Part shown: positions 52,001-64,000 of the stretch, one piece after another
Position numbering within the stretch: position 1 is the stretch's first letter
How the letters are laid out: the number at the start of each line of letters is the position of its first letter
NCBI RefSeq assembly: GCF_964355755.1
Contig: NC_092679.1
Span: forward strand, 21,807,432-21,871,431
Direction: 5' to 3'
Source: Antedon mediterranea
Lineage: Eukaryota; Animalia; Echinodermata
Length of the DNA stretch: 64,000 nucleotides
Made by a program: the position numbers and the translations under genes
Notes under the pieces: generated by a model
Told to the model about the DNA's origin: nothing
The model's database searches: none
Seen by the model: only the letters and a program-made list of their open reading frames with translations

Positions 52001-53774
52001 GCTGTATATCATGTGTAATTTTTTTTTTCTTCTCCTGAGCAAAAAAAAAACCAAAAAAAACATTGAATTAACCCAACACGTCTTTCAAAATAATATTTTT
52101 GATTGGGTAATTAATAATAAATGGTTGTTTCATACCAGTTTTAAATCCTAAATTAAATCCTAAAATAAATAATCTTCTATTAGGCCCATTTACACTTTAC
52201 CAAAAACAAAGAAGTTGTACCAAGCTCTCAATTAAAACAGTGCAATCTTCCAACCATTGTTTCTTTGTTTCCAGTAAAACTTGCTTACTCATAATATTTC
52301 AGAAGAATTTTAAATCTCCTTTTATTAACACTGTTCTTGTACAATTACATTCAAAAGAAACGAACGAAGGACAAAATGAAAACAAGACATTTTCTTATAA
52401 AGTCATACAACTATATAGATAGAGATAGATATCACTTCTTCACATAAAATTTTAAACTATAAATATTTAAATAAATTGAAATCATTAACATGTATTACAT
52501 ATTAGAAACATCATGTAAAATGGCACTTCAATTTTACTTTAATTTTCCAATTCTCCCTAATGGCATGTCACTCAATTTTTAATAATTCAACCTCACATCA
52601 TCTTCTCATTTTCATAGATATTTCATAATAGCCCTCGATATATTTCTCCTTTTTGTCCTCTTACCAGCAGAGTCATTTGAATAAAATCAATCGAATTTCA
52701 CATATTCGCAAGCAATACTTACTACACACACTTACACGCTAGCGTCTACTCAAACAATACCAAATATTGATTCGGCCTTTTCAACCACATCTCGTATTGC
52801 AATCATTATCCCTACATGCTTGAATATCTTATCTTATTATTTCATGCATAGTGTATAATAATAAAAATGATGTAATAATATTAATAATTATCTAATTTAA
52901 TATCTTTGGTGGATGCAATTTGATGAAAGAAATTGTTTTATTGGTTTATGATATCGTGGAATTTTTGACAATAGTGCTAAAATCAGTCAAGAATAGAGAA
53001 GATTGATTAATTTGCTTGAAACACTCGAAGGAACAAGAATTCACCAGCTCAATACCGTATGCATTGGATGGTAAAAGTCTGCTCAGCTGTGTTAGTTGTG
53101 TATTGGTTTGTAACGTCACCGTTTGAAACTACATTAATGATTATAATGTTACTATTGATGATGCGTTAGTATTCGATAGCAAAGAAACCTAGCCTGCGTT
53201 CTAATCCAAACTCGTTAGCCAGGATCGTTGATAACAGACACAGAGTATGCTAGAGTCTATTGATCCGTTTCAGCATAAGATCTAATTCATCATCAGCTCG
53301 TAAAGCAAGGGAAGCATTTAAAACCAGCCTAGCTTGCTATTCTACTGGACTGATATGTCAGCTTGTCTTATTTTTACACAGGAGTTAATAACAGATGGAT
53401 AGAGCATAGGAATTATACATCTTTATGGAGTATTTCATAGATTTATATGCTTTCTCTATGTGTTCAACTAGGCTGTTGACAGCCTTAAATTTTTCCTTTT
53501 CTTGTCTTTTCAAAAGCTAGCATATTTCAGCAATTTTACACTGTATTGCTGTGGACATTTTTTGTATTATGCAACCTACATGAAAAATGACATTTGATGG
53601 TACCTATATGGAAAGTGTACCAGACTGAGTAGTTATAGGCCAGTTTAGATCCTACAAGGAAATTACATTTCCATCGATATCAATAAAACTCATTTTGGAA
53701 TTATACATTTAATGGTGTCTTTCCGTGAGACGACATTTTGTATTTGATAAAGTAAAACCAAAGAAACAGCAAAT

Positions 53775-53918
53775 ATGTTTGGAGGAGCACCTGAAGAGAG
53801 TGATGAAGGGAAAGGAGTTGCCAATGGCAAAAAGGAAGGAGGAGGAGGAGGAGGAGAAGGGGGTGAAGAGGGTGAACAAGTCCAAGAAGTAAACCCTATA
53901 GATGCAAAAACAATAGAG
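53775..53918 (+). CDS. Candidate alternative first coding exon of SNAP-25 (48 aa)
   Basis: AAATATG start and open purine-rich frame MFGGAPEESDEGKGVANGKKEGGGGGGEGGEEGEQVQEVNPIDAKTIE, ending in a phase-0 donor GAG|GTAATG, the same phase as the canonical exon. Confidence 0.55.
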
Positions 53919-54239
53919 GTAATGTTTAACCAGGTGTATTTGTACTCTGGTTAACTTTAGGCATCCAGCATTGCTGTATGTATTTTAGGTACGGTTGACC
54001 ATAGATGATACCACATACAGGTATAGAGGTATTGTTTAAATATGTTTGCTACCCTGGTTAATATACAGGTAGGTATCCAACATTGCTGTACATATTTTTA
54101 AAACTTATGTACGGGTGTATGAACAAATAATTATTATTGTTCATGCAGTATCTGTATTCATTTTTACCATATTTTAAAGATTAGTGAAATAAGCATAAAT
54201 ATTTTAATCCCCTCATCCTTACTCATTCCCCTATTAAAG

Positions 54240-54442
54240 TATCTGGTTTGGCCTTTTGAGTGTCTGGTTTTGAGTTTGAGTGTCTAGTTTTGACTTTTGA
54301 GTGTCTGATTTTGAGTGTCTGGTTTTAACTTTTGAGTGTTTGGTTTTGAGTTTGAGTGTCTGGTTTTAATATTTGAGTGTCTGGTTTTGACTTCTGAGTG
54401 TCTGGTTTTGACTTCTGAGTGTCTGGTTTTGACTTTTGTGTC
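54240..54442. repeat. ~20-bp minisatellite (GAGTGTCTGGTTTTGACTTT)
   Basis: About 10 imperfect units. Confidence 0.93.
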
Positions 54443-56009
54443 TACCGAGTAGTCTTATACTACAAAGAGATCCTATCCCCATCTTATCCTTCCCGAGTCG
54501 GTAGGTGTTGTAGACTTCGATATTTATCCAGTGAATTAACTTAATACTTTACATAAACACATTAAATCATCGCACGTTTTATGGAGATGACATAAAAACA
54601 TTAATAATGGCATTTACTAACATAAAGTTAAAATTAAGACGACAAATGTGAGGATATGCACATTTACTACAGCTCGTTAAAGAGTGTTGAGTAATTGATG
54701 AAGGTGGTTTGATACGTGCTAATTAAAACATGTTAGGATTAATCTTCTGAACTATTTCCTTGTTTATGATGTTTACACATTGAAGATGGGTTTGTCAATA
54801 TAAAATAAATCATTGGTTTTGACCAGATTTGAAAAAAAAAAAAAATATTTCCGTAGAACAGTTATAGGTTGTCCCTTTAATAGAGGTGTTCCTGAATAGG
54901 GTTGGTCAGGGTTAAAACATATTGCCATGTTCGTTTAACAGGAAAGTGTCCCATTGGTAGAGGTTTCCCTTGAATAGGGGTGTCTCAAAGGCTATGAGTT
55001 CTATGTATGAGGTTACAGTATGATTAGTGCATTAGTATAATTGAGGCCTGCACAGTTCTAAAGATTATTTTGTATCGTACGTGGTGTACAACTCCACAAA
55101 GTTTCCAGATTCTGGACAAGAATAGTGAAACCACACTGACTTTGCATTACAAAAACTCAAGGTACACGATTAGTGTACAACGCTGAGATACGAAAGTAAT
55201 GCATCAATTTTCATCTCCAAACAATCATTTTTTATGTTTGTTTTTTTGTTGTTGTTTTAATCTACCAAAGTGAATTGCCATTTTTATGGACAAATAAAAT
55301 TTCTTGAATCTTGAATCTTGTTACGATGCTTATTATAATGTTACCTTGCTTTTGCGATATGAAAGCATACCTCCATAAACATATGCTATCTTATGTACAC
55401 TGTCGTAACAGAATGTAATATGCCATGTTCTTTGATACTATTTGGCTCCATATACACTATACATTATTGTGATTGAGGCCAGATTGTCACATCACATTTA
55501 TTTGTTTGACATATTGTTCTGTCGGCACATCTAATTTTAAAGTCATTATTGGGTCATCTTGTTTGTTTCATTTTTTCACAAGAAAATAAATCAAAAATTA
55601 TTTTTTCCTGTATGTCCACGACTAAATTATGTAGTGCACACTATCTTGTATGATATTTATACTTTTGCTAAAAGAAATATTTTTTAGAAATTATTTTTAT
55701 TTCTGTTTTATTTTAGACATGAGATCGCCAGTAGACAATAAAAGCGCTTTCATGTTTTGTCCGTATCACGTTTTTGTTTGACAAAAAAAATGTTGTCTAT
55801 GTGGATAAGGTCATATTGTTTATTGCTATATATGTTTTATTTTTATCAGACATGAGAGAGACATACTGTAGGATTGTGTAGACAATAATGACATTTTTAT
55901 ATTGCTTTTCTGTATGCAAATTACCTAACACATAAAAGCGGAATAAATAAACAAATGAGAAATCTATTGTAATATAATAAAGAATGTTAAAAGTATAAAT
56001 TCTTTATAG

Positions 56010-56087
56010 AGTAGAACCTGTATTAAGGAGGCACTTTTAGAACCCAACAATTTAATAGGGGTGTACCTTGAATAGAGGTTGACTGTA
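56010..56087. mobile_element. Short TIR element (GTAGAACCT.TATT ... AATAGAGGTT..CTGTA; Tc1/mariner-MITE-like)
   Basis: Inverted ends; degraded relatives at ~7130-7282, 11460-11570, 37926-38003, 45630-45790, 54852-54990 and 60715-60850. Confidence 0.55.
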
Positions 56088-58465
56088 GTGTTTACAAATA
56101 TATATTATTGCACATTCTTTTATTTTTTGAGGTTTTAAGGTATTTTGCATAGTTTGTTTGCAGAGTTTATATTGCAATTAAAATTGTGCATTTGACCTGA
56201 ATTATTCACTAACAGCCTATAGGTATTTTTACTGTGTAAAAAATTCCAATTATGAAATTAAGACTTTCGTCATAAAATTAGAACAAAATTATACTGTGAT
56301 GAAATTGCTAAAGGTATAATATTACAATTATCAATTAGGAGCCGAATATTTAAGTTTAAAATTGTAATTTATGCATAGAAATTTTAATGTATGCATATTT
56401 TAATAGTTTTATATCCATATACACCTTATGTTCTCTTATGTACTACTAGGCCACAAATGTACTGTACAGTATCTCCACATATGGCATTATATATCCAGTA
56501 TCTAGGCAATTCCTGTAATACGTTGTACCATATTTATCACATGGTGCCTGTAGTATGATCGTCACATGTGACATTGTATAATGGAATTTGTCTGATACTG
56601 AACAAATTATAGATACAGAATCGCCTACAAATAAATAGAACTTTCTTTTCAAAAATCCTTTTTTTTATAAATGAAAAATGTACATTTGATAGATATTAAG
56701 AATATAAAAAAATCGATAATAATCCAAATCCAACTAAATATAAATGCTCAAAATGTATTTATTGAAATTGCCTCAAAAGTCTGTTTATATTATTGTATTC
56801 TGTTCTGTAGAAGGAATTTTATTTTTATGACTTCTCAACTCAACAAATTTTCTCCTTTTCATTTGATCTTCTCTCGTTTCCGTAATAAATGGTTCTCGTC
56901 TGTTGCAAACCATACTGTCACTGAATTTATTATTCATTCTATGATAACTTGCCTCAAGGAGTTATAACATGGAGGGATTATTTAACTAATTTTGTCATAG
57001 TTAAATACAATCTTTATCCCCATCCAAAATGTCACATACAAATGTTTTTAGAAGAAAAAAAACATAGGAATTATTAAATAATAAATAGATTTGTGCAATG
57101 TTTTTTTATAAAGAATTCTGAATTGAATAAAATTGTTAGTATACAAACATGATGAACCATTTTGCATGGTGGAGCGAGATAGCCGTAGACAATTCTGAGA
57201 CTGAGAGGAGAGGGAGAATATACCAGAGTAACAATTTGCTCTGTCATTGTCATCTGTCATAAAAGCATATTGATAGATGTTGGTGTGTGTGTGTGTGTGT
57301 GTCTGTTGATCTATATGTGTATGTCTGTTGATCTATATGTGTATGTGTAGTTATATGTTTACATTTATATATATAAGTATATAATCTTCTTACATGGCTT
57401 CCCAACATACAAGTTTCAATTGGATTTTTGTTTCCAATTGATCGATACTTTCTTGGGTTTTTTTGCCTCTTTCATTTTGTATATAACTGAATCATCTTTT
57501 TTTTTATACATTATGATTTACTGTATTATATCTCTAAAAAAAAAATATTTATATATAAAATATCAGAAATTATAATGTTTTTTACTCAAATATAAATGAA
57601 AGAAATAAATGTTTATTTGAATGAATGAAAAAGATAGAAACGTCAAAAATACATTGTGTACTGTACTACAAACTGTATGTTGTTGTATTCTGCTATTTTA
57701 TTATCCGTAGATTCACGTTAAAAAATATTCAGTCCTTGCATTTTTTATACTTCTTCAGTATTCAGTGTACAATCCAGAACATACCAAAGATAGACATACA
57801 TAAAGAAAGGAGAACAAATAATATTACCCTGTCTTCCCTCCTGCAAAGTGAGGATTACAAAATTACATATCACCTTACAAGGTTTATATTTAAGAGTGAC
57901 AGGTAATTTGGTTTTAAACAAAAAAAATCATAATAAAATTATTATAAAGAAATATAAAACCATAACAACATATTGCATACTGTTTAAAGATTAATGTTAT
58001 CCTTAATGATTGAGTTATGCATGTTCATGCAATTATTATGATTATATGAAAAAATCATCTTTATTATTTTATCATTTCCTATCAAACTACTTTCAGTTGA
58101 TTGTTATTAAAGCAACATTCATTCAGGATAAAAAATGTTCACAATTATGTAAACTCATATTATTGAAATTATTGCAAGTACCTTGTATTATTAATGTGTT
58201 ATATTGATTGCTGTACAATCTTAGCCAATGAGAACATGGCCATAAAGTAAACAGTGGAAACTGCTGTTAGCTACTATACAACATCATAAAATTCATAATG
58301 TAAAATTATCATATGATAACATGGTAGTAAAAATGTTTATATTAAAAACAACTCTTGATAATGTGATGTGTGACATTTAGTTTATCCTAATACCATACTA
58401 GAAATATGATCAACAGAATAAATAAATATAAAAATATCAAACATATTATAGGCGCATTGTATCCT

Positions 58466-58611
58466 GTATGATGTCCATATCACTACCATATTTGGTCATA
58501 TTACTACCATATTTGGGCACCTAGTTTGATAGTGTAGACAGGTTGCATTGTATCCTGACTGTTACCACTTTTTTTAAATGTCAAACTAGTTTGATAGTGT
58601 AGACAGGGCTT
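58466..58611. mobile_element. MITE family A, rearranged partial copy (two right TIRs)
   Basis: AGTTTGATAGTGTAGACAG occurs twice, with the internal subrepeats. Confidence 0.75.
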
Positions 58612-58617
58612 AAGACT

Positions 58618-58868
58618 TTTTTGTTTTGTTTTTTAACCATATTTAATGAGGGTGATCCATCCAGCTGTTGCTGATCATTAGGGACCCTCAGAGGTTCACA
58701 AGACAAACATATACACAAGATGCTCTACATAAACAAAGTCTTATTACAAGTCTTTGGGAGTGGGGTAATTTGGTCCTTAGAAAAAATCCTGACATGTGAC
58801 GGGACTTGAACCCAGGACCCTTGGAGTTGTAGACAAGCATCATAACCACCAAGCCACAACTCCACTCC
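58618..58868 (-). mobile_element. Full-length tRNA-derived SINE
   Basis: Minus strand: A box TGGCTTGGTGG, B box GGTTCAAGTCC, a body shared with 48366 and 5745, and an A-rich tail. Confidence 0.85.
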
Positions 58869-58969
58869 AAAATTGTCTTAATAGTTGCCGAAACCCGGGA
58901 CTTGTTCCTTTATTGCATTATTTAAGAAAGCTTTAATTACATTGTAATTCACTATGACAGACATGCGAA

Positions 58970-60526
58970 TCTATATATAAATTTACGTAAGGGCAAAATT
59001 CGGTAAATCGCACGTTATTTCTAGAATGTTTACTCGATGGTATATAAAGTTGGTTAGAATCTCGGTACTGATTTTAACCACCTGATGTAATCCTGTTTAC
59101 TAATTAAATTGAGTTAGATAATTAGTTATTGACAATTAAAACGAATTTAGGTTCAACGATTTGCCCCAAATAGGGGTGTTTTTCGATCGTGGTATACACT
59201 GTCTAATGGATGTCCGTCTTGAAAAATACCCACAGACAATAATACGAGGATGCTTCGCATTTTCCTATCTCCTCCTACGATAATTGTTTTTAATGGCTGA
59301 AAACCGGTTGAACAGCTCGAGTACAGCATCATAATGTTGAAGACAGGCCGCTTTTCTTTAAAAAATACTATTTTGATAGATTTAATATACATTTATACAA
59401 ATGTATTGATTTGCGATGAATGGAACATTCCAATCTCTGTTCCACAAGTGTCTATTCCCTCAGGCGTCGTAAAGGCAAGTACTGTATACTCATAACAGAA
59501 ATTTGATCCATTTTTTTTTTCAATCTGTGCTGCAGAGGTTGGATATAATTTTTTTTTTAAACGGATAATGAGCTACCGTTTTCAGTCGCAGTATATTATG
59601 TAAAAAATCTTTATTATTGCATTTAAACCACCCACATCATCACCCTTCCCTCTCTGGCATGAGTAGCGTTGTAAAGCCAGTACAGGATAGGCCTACGGTG
59701 CATCACATCCCCTAAACGCAGAACAACTTTGGTGGGTAGGGTAAGAACGGGGGTAAGAACCAACTTAAGTATGAATTGGCTCTAAGAAACAATTGAAAAC
59801 CATTAGGCCTACTAATTAAGTTGAGTTAGATAATTTAATATTTATTGACGATTAAATCGAATTTATGATTTTCCTCGAATAAAGGTGGTTTTCACCCGGG
59901 TTTTCACAAATTGTTTTACATTATATAAACATACACGTCGTAGTGATGTATCGTTACATGTACTGTACTATTTCAATCGACTAGGACGGTGATAGTTTCA
60001 ACAAAGTATTACATAGCAATGTTTTACTGTGTTTAGTGGTATATTATTTGTAAAACATGAAAACAATTAATATTTCGTTACTAAATGGATAAAGAATATA
60101 TTTAATATATTTAAAAATTGTTCCTCTATGCACCCATCCTCTTCCCCATCCCTCACCCCTAATGTTACATACAAAACACAAATTAAGTTTGTTTAAATTT
60201 GACTTAAACAATTGGTCTCATTTTGTGACAAGTTTCTCTTTCGGAAGTAATTCTCAGGGTGATAATTTTAGTTGAGTACATAAATCATTGTCTATTTATT
60301 CGTTCCTGTAAACGACATGTATTATTGTACGTACATTTGAAATAGCCAGTTTTTTAACGCTGAAATTATTATGTATTTATTTCTTTATTCTGATACAAAA
60401 TCAATAGGATAAAAACACAAAAAGTACCGAGACGGCAAACTTATTTCCATTGTGGTCCTAAATATTCGAGAACCATCTGTGGGCACGACCTAGATGGTAC
60501 GCGAGCGAAGCGAGCGTACCATCTAG
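58970..60526 (+). mobile_element. Non-autonomous Helitron (~1.56 kb)
   Basis: A|TCTATATATAA start; 3' palindrome CTAGATGGTACGC-GAGCGAAGCGA-GCGTACCATCTAG ending CTAG|T; no TSD; 5' ~275 bp shared with 37329. Confidence 0.75.
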
Positions 60527-62284
60527 TATATTAAAGTACTGTAGTATTAACTCATTGAATAAATTAAATAATTACCTCAAGTAGATACCTTATTGTTGTA
60601 GGGATTCAATCTTTATTAACAACATTCTAATTAGCATATAAATTATATTCTAGCCATCAAAATGAATTAAGTATAATTACCAATGCATAATATGTTTACC
60701 TCTGAACAAGATACAGTTAAACCCTCCTCAAATATTCAGGAGACACTTTACAGTTAAAGTGAAATAAAATGAAGAGAAATGTATTATGCTTTTAACACTA
60801 GCCCAAACCCTATTCAGAGGAAACTCCTATTCAGAGGACACCTCTATGAAGGAGGGCCAGGGCCGTAGCTACCAGTCACAACTTATTCATAGAGGTCTTT
60901 GACAACCCAGTGGCTTGAATAGAGATTGTTCACTTTCTTGCGAAAACCAGACCACTTTATTTCTAGTGGCTACATCACTAGGGACCCTCCTATTAAAAGG
61001 ATTCTTTCTTGGGTAATGAAAGTATCTGCTTAGTTTTAGTCTACTGTCTTCATTTCAGAAAACTAACAAAATTACCATAATAATTTATCAGTGTATCCTA
61101 TGAGTGGATGACTTAAGTTGGTCATATGCAGTACCGTTTTTATTTTACAATCATTCGGTAAAATACCTCCCAGGAAAAAAAAAAATTCAATTTAACCACG
61201 CTTATTATTACCTTAATAAAGACAGAGTTCGCATTTCTGAAAAATTATAGGGGTTTTCCTCTCGTCGTGTAGGTGGAGATATTAACCTAACTTAATATAA
61301 AACATACTGGTCAGTACCATACCGCTGACTTGTAAATAAGATTAGATGAAATCCAATTTTACACATTTACACAGGAAATATATTTTCTATTTATATCTTT
61401 CTGGAATTAATTCATGGCGTAAAAACAGATTTTATTGTTGGCTATATCACCAATTAAGACAGCGCAGAGAGAGAGAATTAAAAAAATTCAACGGCAGCTC
61501 TTCGTTGAAGTTAATTATTGATGGCCATTTTATGCGCATACATTTGAAAATTAAAAACATTCAACTTATTTGTTATGCAACACATAAAGAGCATGAAACT
61601 CGTCATGTGTTACGCCGTGACATAATAGAAACTTGTCGAAATCATGTAATGCATTTTTCTTTAAGCTTCGTTTGTTTTACATTCTTCATCATGTGACAGC
61701 AATTTAATTAAAATATCAAAGGTTATTTTGGTGATATCTTTTGTGGGTGTCAAATTGAGTCTAGAAGTTGACTCATATATGGGAATATTAAACTTTAACA
61801 TTAGTAACACAGATCTCTTGTTAATACAGTATAAATGCATACGGCTTCATCAGACTGTAGTTTGAATAGACTAATATTATGTATAGGCTGCAGTGACTTT
61901 AAAAATACATTAATACTAGGGTTTGGCGTGTGATTGAGACGTAAAGTTGTAAATTCCAAGGCCAATGAGAATTTTAAAGGATGTAGTATCCAATGTTTGT
62001 AAATTACTATTGCACTGTCTCCACCTTTTAATGCATAGTTCCCTGTCGACCTACAGTATCCATCAGTGGCATAAAGGCTTTGAGCACAGCTCACTTACTA
62101 AACCTAAGACCCCCAGGCTTACTAGGGCCTCTGAGCTGGGCCCAGAAGAAAAAACAGGGACATTAAACTATGTTGAAAAGGGCGAACAAGGACATAGGCC
62201 TCAAGCGTTGGAAGGGCACCTACAAGGGCACCTAGGGTCCATAAACCAGTGGCCCAGACCTCTGTGTTAAGGCACTGCTATCCA

Positions 62285-62475
62285 TCTTATCTTCTGACAG
62301 ATGTCATTGATGGAAATCTATTCCTTCCAAATCTGCATGTCTGTAATTCCTTAGAGTCTGCATCCTTTTCCAGCAGATCAACATGTCATAGCTGATCTTA
62401 TAATTGATATTCTGCCATGGGTTGGTCTCCAGCTCAGACTCTGCCCTTCCATCGCACCTTTTGCAATATTCAGTC
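62285..62475 (-). mobile_element. Decayed 3' end of an RTE-like LINE ORF
   Basis: Frameshifted minus-strand translation ..WRPTHGRISI.RSAMT..DLLEKDADSKELQT.. resembles the WxPxHG..RGRP.TY.D.L..D..EL C-terminus of RTE-clade elements. Confidence 0.45.
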
Positions 62476-62785
62476 AAATTTACTGTTACATATCGTTGCC
62501 CCTTGGTGACTTCAATTCAACAAAAACATTAGGTAATTGATTCTGAACACTTATGACACCAATTATAATATGACCTTGCCTTATGATACGAAACCATAAC
62601 TCCATAGGTCTGAACAGGCCCTAAGTTATTTATATCAATTACCTATTTAAGTTACATCAAGTATAAGTAGGTAGGGTTATCTAAATTGTTTCTAAGATCA
62701 GATCAATATCATAAATGTAAGTGTCTGTCATTGTTTATGATAGATGATTTCAGTATGTTGGAATCAAGAGTAATGGAATTTGTTA

Positions 62786-62991
62786 AACCTCTGTCTACAC
62801 TATCAAACTGTGCCCAAACATTGTAGTGATATGCCCAAATATGGTAGTGATATGACATCATCATGTCTATTATAGGCACATCACATTTTTTGTCAGATAA
62901 ACTTTGATAGTGTACACAGAGCTTAAGCACTACCTTATTTGGGCACATCACATTTTATGGCACATAGAGTTTGATAGTGTAGACAGAGCTT
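62786..62991. mobile_element. MITE family A, full copy plus adjacent half copy
   Basis: TIR pair at 62786-62924; extra right half to 62991. Confidence 0.85.
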
Positions 62992-62994
62992 TAG

Positions 62995-63324
62995 TTAAAG
63001 ATGTATTGTCCCCCTGAAAAAATAATTCTTAAAAATCTTTTTGTTGAATATTCCATTTTAATGTAACATAATAGTTATTCACTTTGACCAAAAATTGGAT
63101 TTACCTGAAAAAATGTAATTCAAAGCAAAAAATGGTCAAATTGGCTGCCAGCCAATGGATTTTTGGTTGAATTTAACCATTTATTTTGTCATTTTACAAG
63201 TGAAAACATTATTATTTTTTTCTATGGAACTGATTAATTTCATCAAAACTACAAAATAACATATTCAAAGTCTGATTTAATTAATCTTCATTTTTCATGT
63301 TTTTGGGGGACAATACATCTTTAA
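62995..63324. mobile_element. Kolobok-like non-autonomous transposon
   Basis: TTAA-AGATGTATTGTCCCC ... GGGGACAATACATCT-TTAA. Confidence 0.82.
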
Positions 63325-64000
63325 CTTTTATTAATCATTTTAACCAATGTACCAAAACATAAGAATGTTTGTTTAATATCGCCATTTTGTCAAAATATTT
63401 ATTTTTATAACAAAAAAGGTACATTTAAAAAAATTAAATATTGCTAATTAATGTCATTCTACAAGTAAAGCCTTCTTCTTTCAAAATATGACACATAAAT
63501 ATTTTTCATGCTACATTCTTATGCATTATCCATCTCAAATTGAAATTGTCCGCATAAAATATGCTGTCAAATAAATTGAATGACATCAGCTGTTAAGGTT
63601 TACCATGTTCCACCGAAAACTCTCTACTGTATATAAAAAATATTTATTTATGTAAAGCATAATTCTGACATTGTTATTTATTTCTGGAAAAAAAATTATG
63701 AGAGATCGTAACGTGTAAAGGAAGGCGTCAATGCTAGTTTTCATTTACAGCTTGAATGATTTTTCTTTTTTCTCACCTGCTATAACCTTAGGCGTACACT
63801 TAGAAAACTGTCAACAATTTCTATGATGACATTTTAGTAAATAAGCTTGCCGATTAGTGATAATAATCTGGCAGCTTTATTCTTAAATGTCAGTCTTGTT
63901 ATTTATGCCACCTTTGAAGTGAAGGCTCAAGTGTTTGTTATGATATGTTAGTTGATTAGGTTTCGTCCACAAGATCAATTTAAGTAAAATCAACAACGAT

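Noticed and set aside
57625-57906. Possible additional SNAP-25 exon ending AG|GTAATT
   Set aside because: The open frame ends in phase 2 and has no SNARE similarity.
58688-58870. 60-aa ORF or tRNA gene
   Set aside because: It is the tRNA-derived head and body of a SINE.
61346-62270. ORFs of 97-116 aa
   Set aside because: No recognisable motifs or consistent splice structure; likely chance ORFs or repeat remnants.

Overview
AT-rich, intron-rich animal genomic DNA; gene and repeat style suggest a marine invertebrate deuterostome such as an echinoderm (inference). Reconstructing exons by hand from splice sites and reading-frame phase gives, in order: the 3' end of an HYR/C-type lectin/HYR membrane receptor (+), an unrecognised 3-exon gene for a ~146-aa multi-pass membrane protein (+), NAA30 (+, 4 exons), COA6 (+, 2 coding exons, absent from the ORF track), and a ZNF106-like gene (-, 15 coding exons, one GC-AG intron). 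ZNF106 lies head-to-head with the start of a SNAP-25/23 gene (+), whose next intron runs past the window end. That intron contains an antisense nested gene for a CABIT-like adaptor with a phosphotyrosine-motif tail and a candidate alternative SNAP-25 first coding exon. Many non-autonomous elements (MITEs, Kolobok-like, Helitron, tRNA-SINE, LINE remnant) and tandem repeats are present. No database searches were run, so family calls come from recognised motifs. I found no single clear-cut new system; the best leads are the orphan membrane gene, the alternative SNAP-25 exon, the nested adaptor, the SUMO-site/SIM repeat array and CTAG-rich tracts in first introns.
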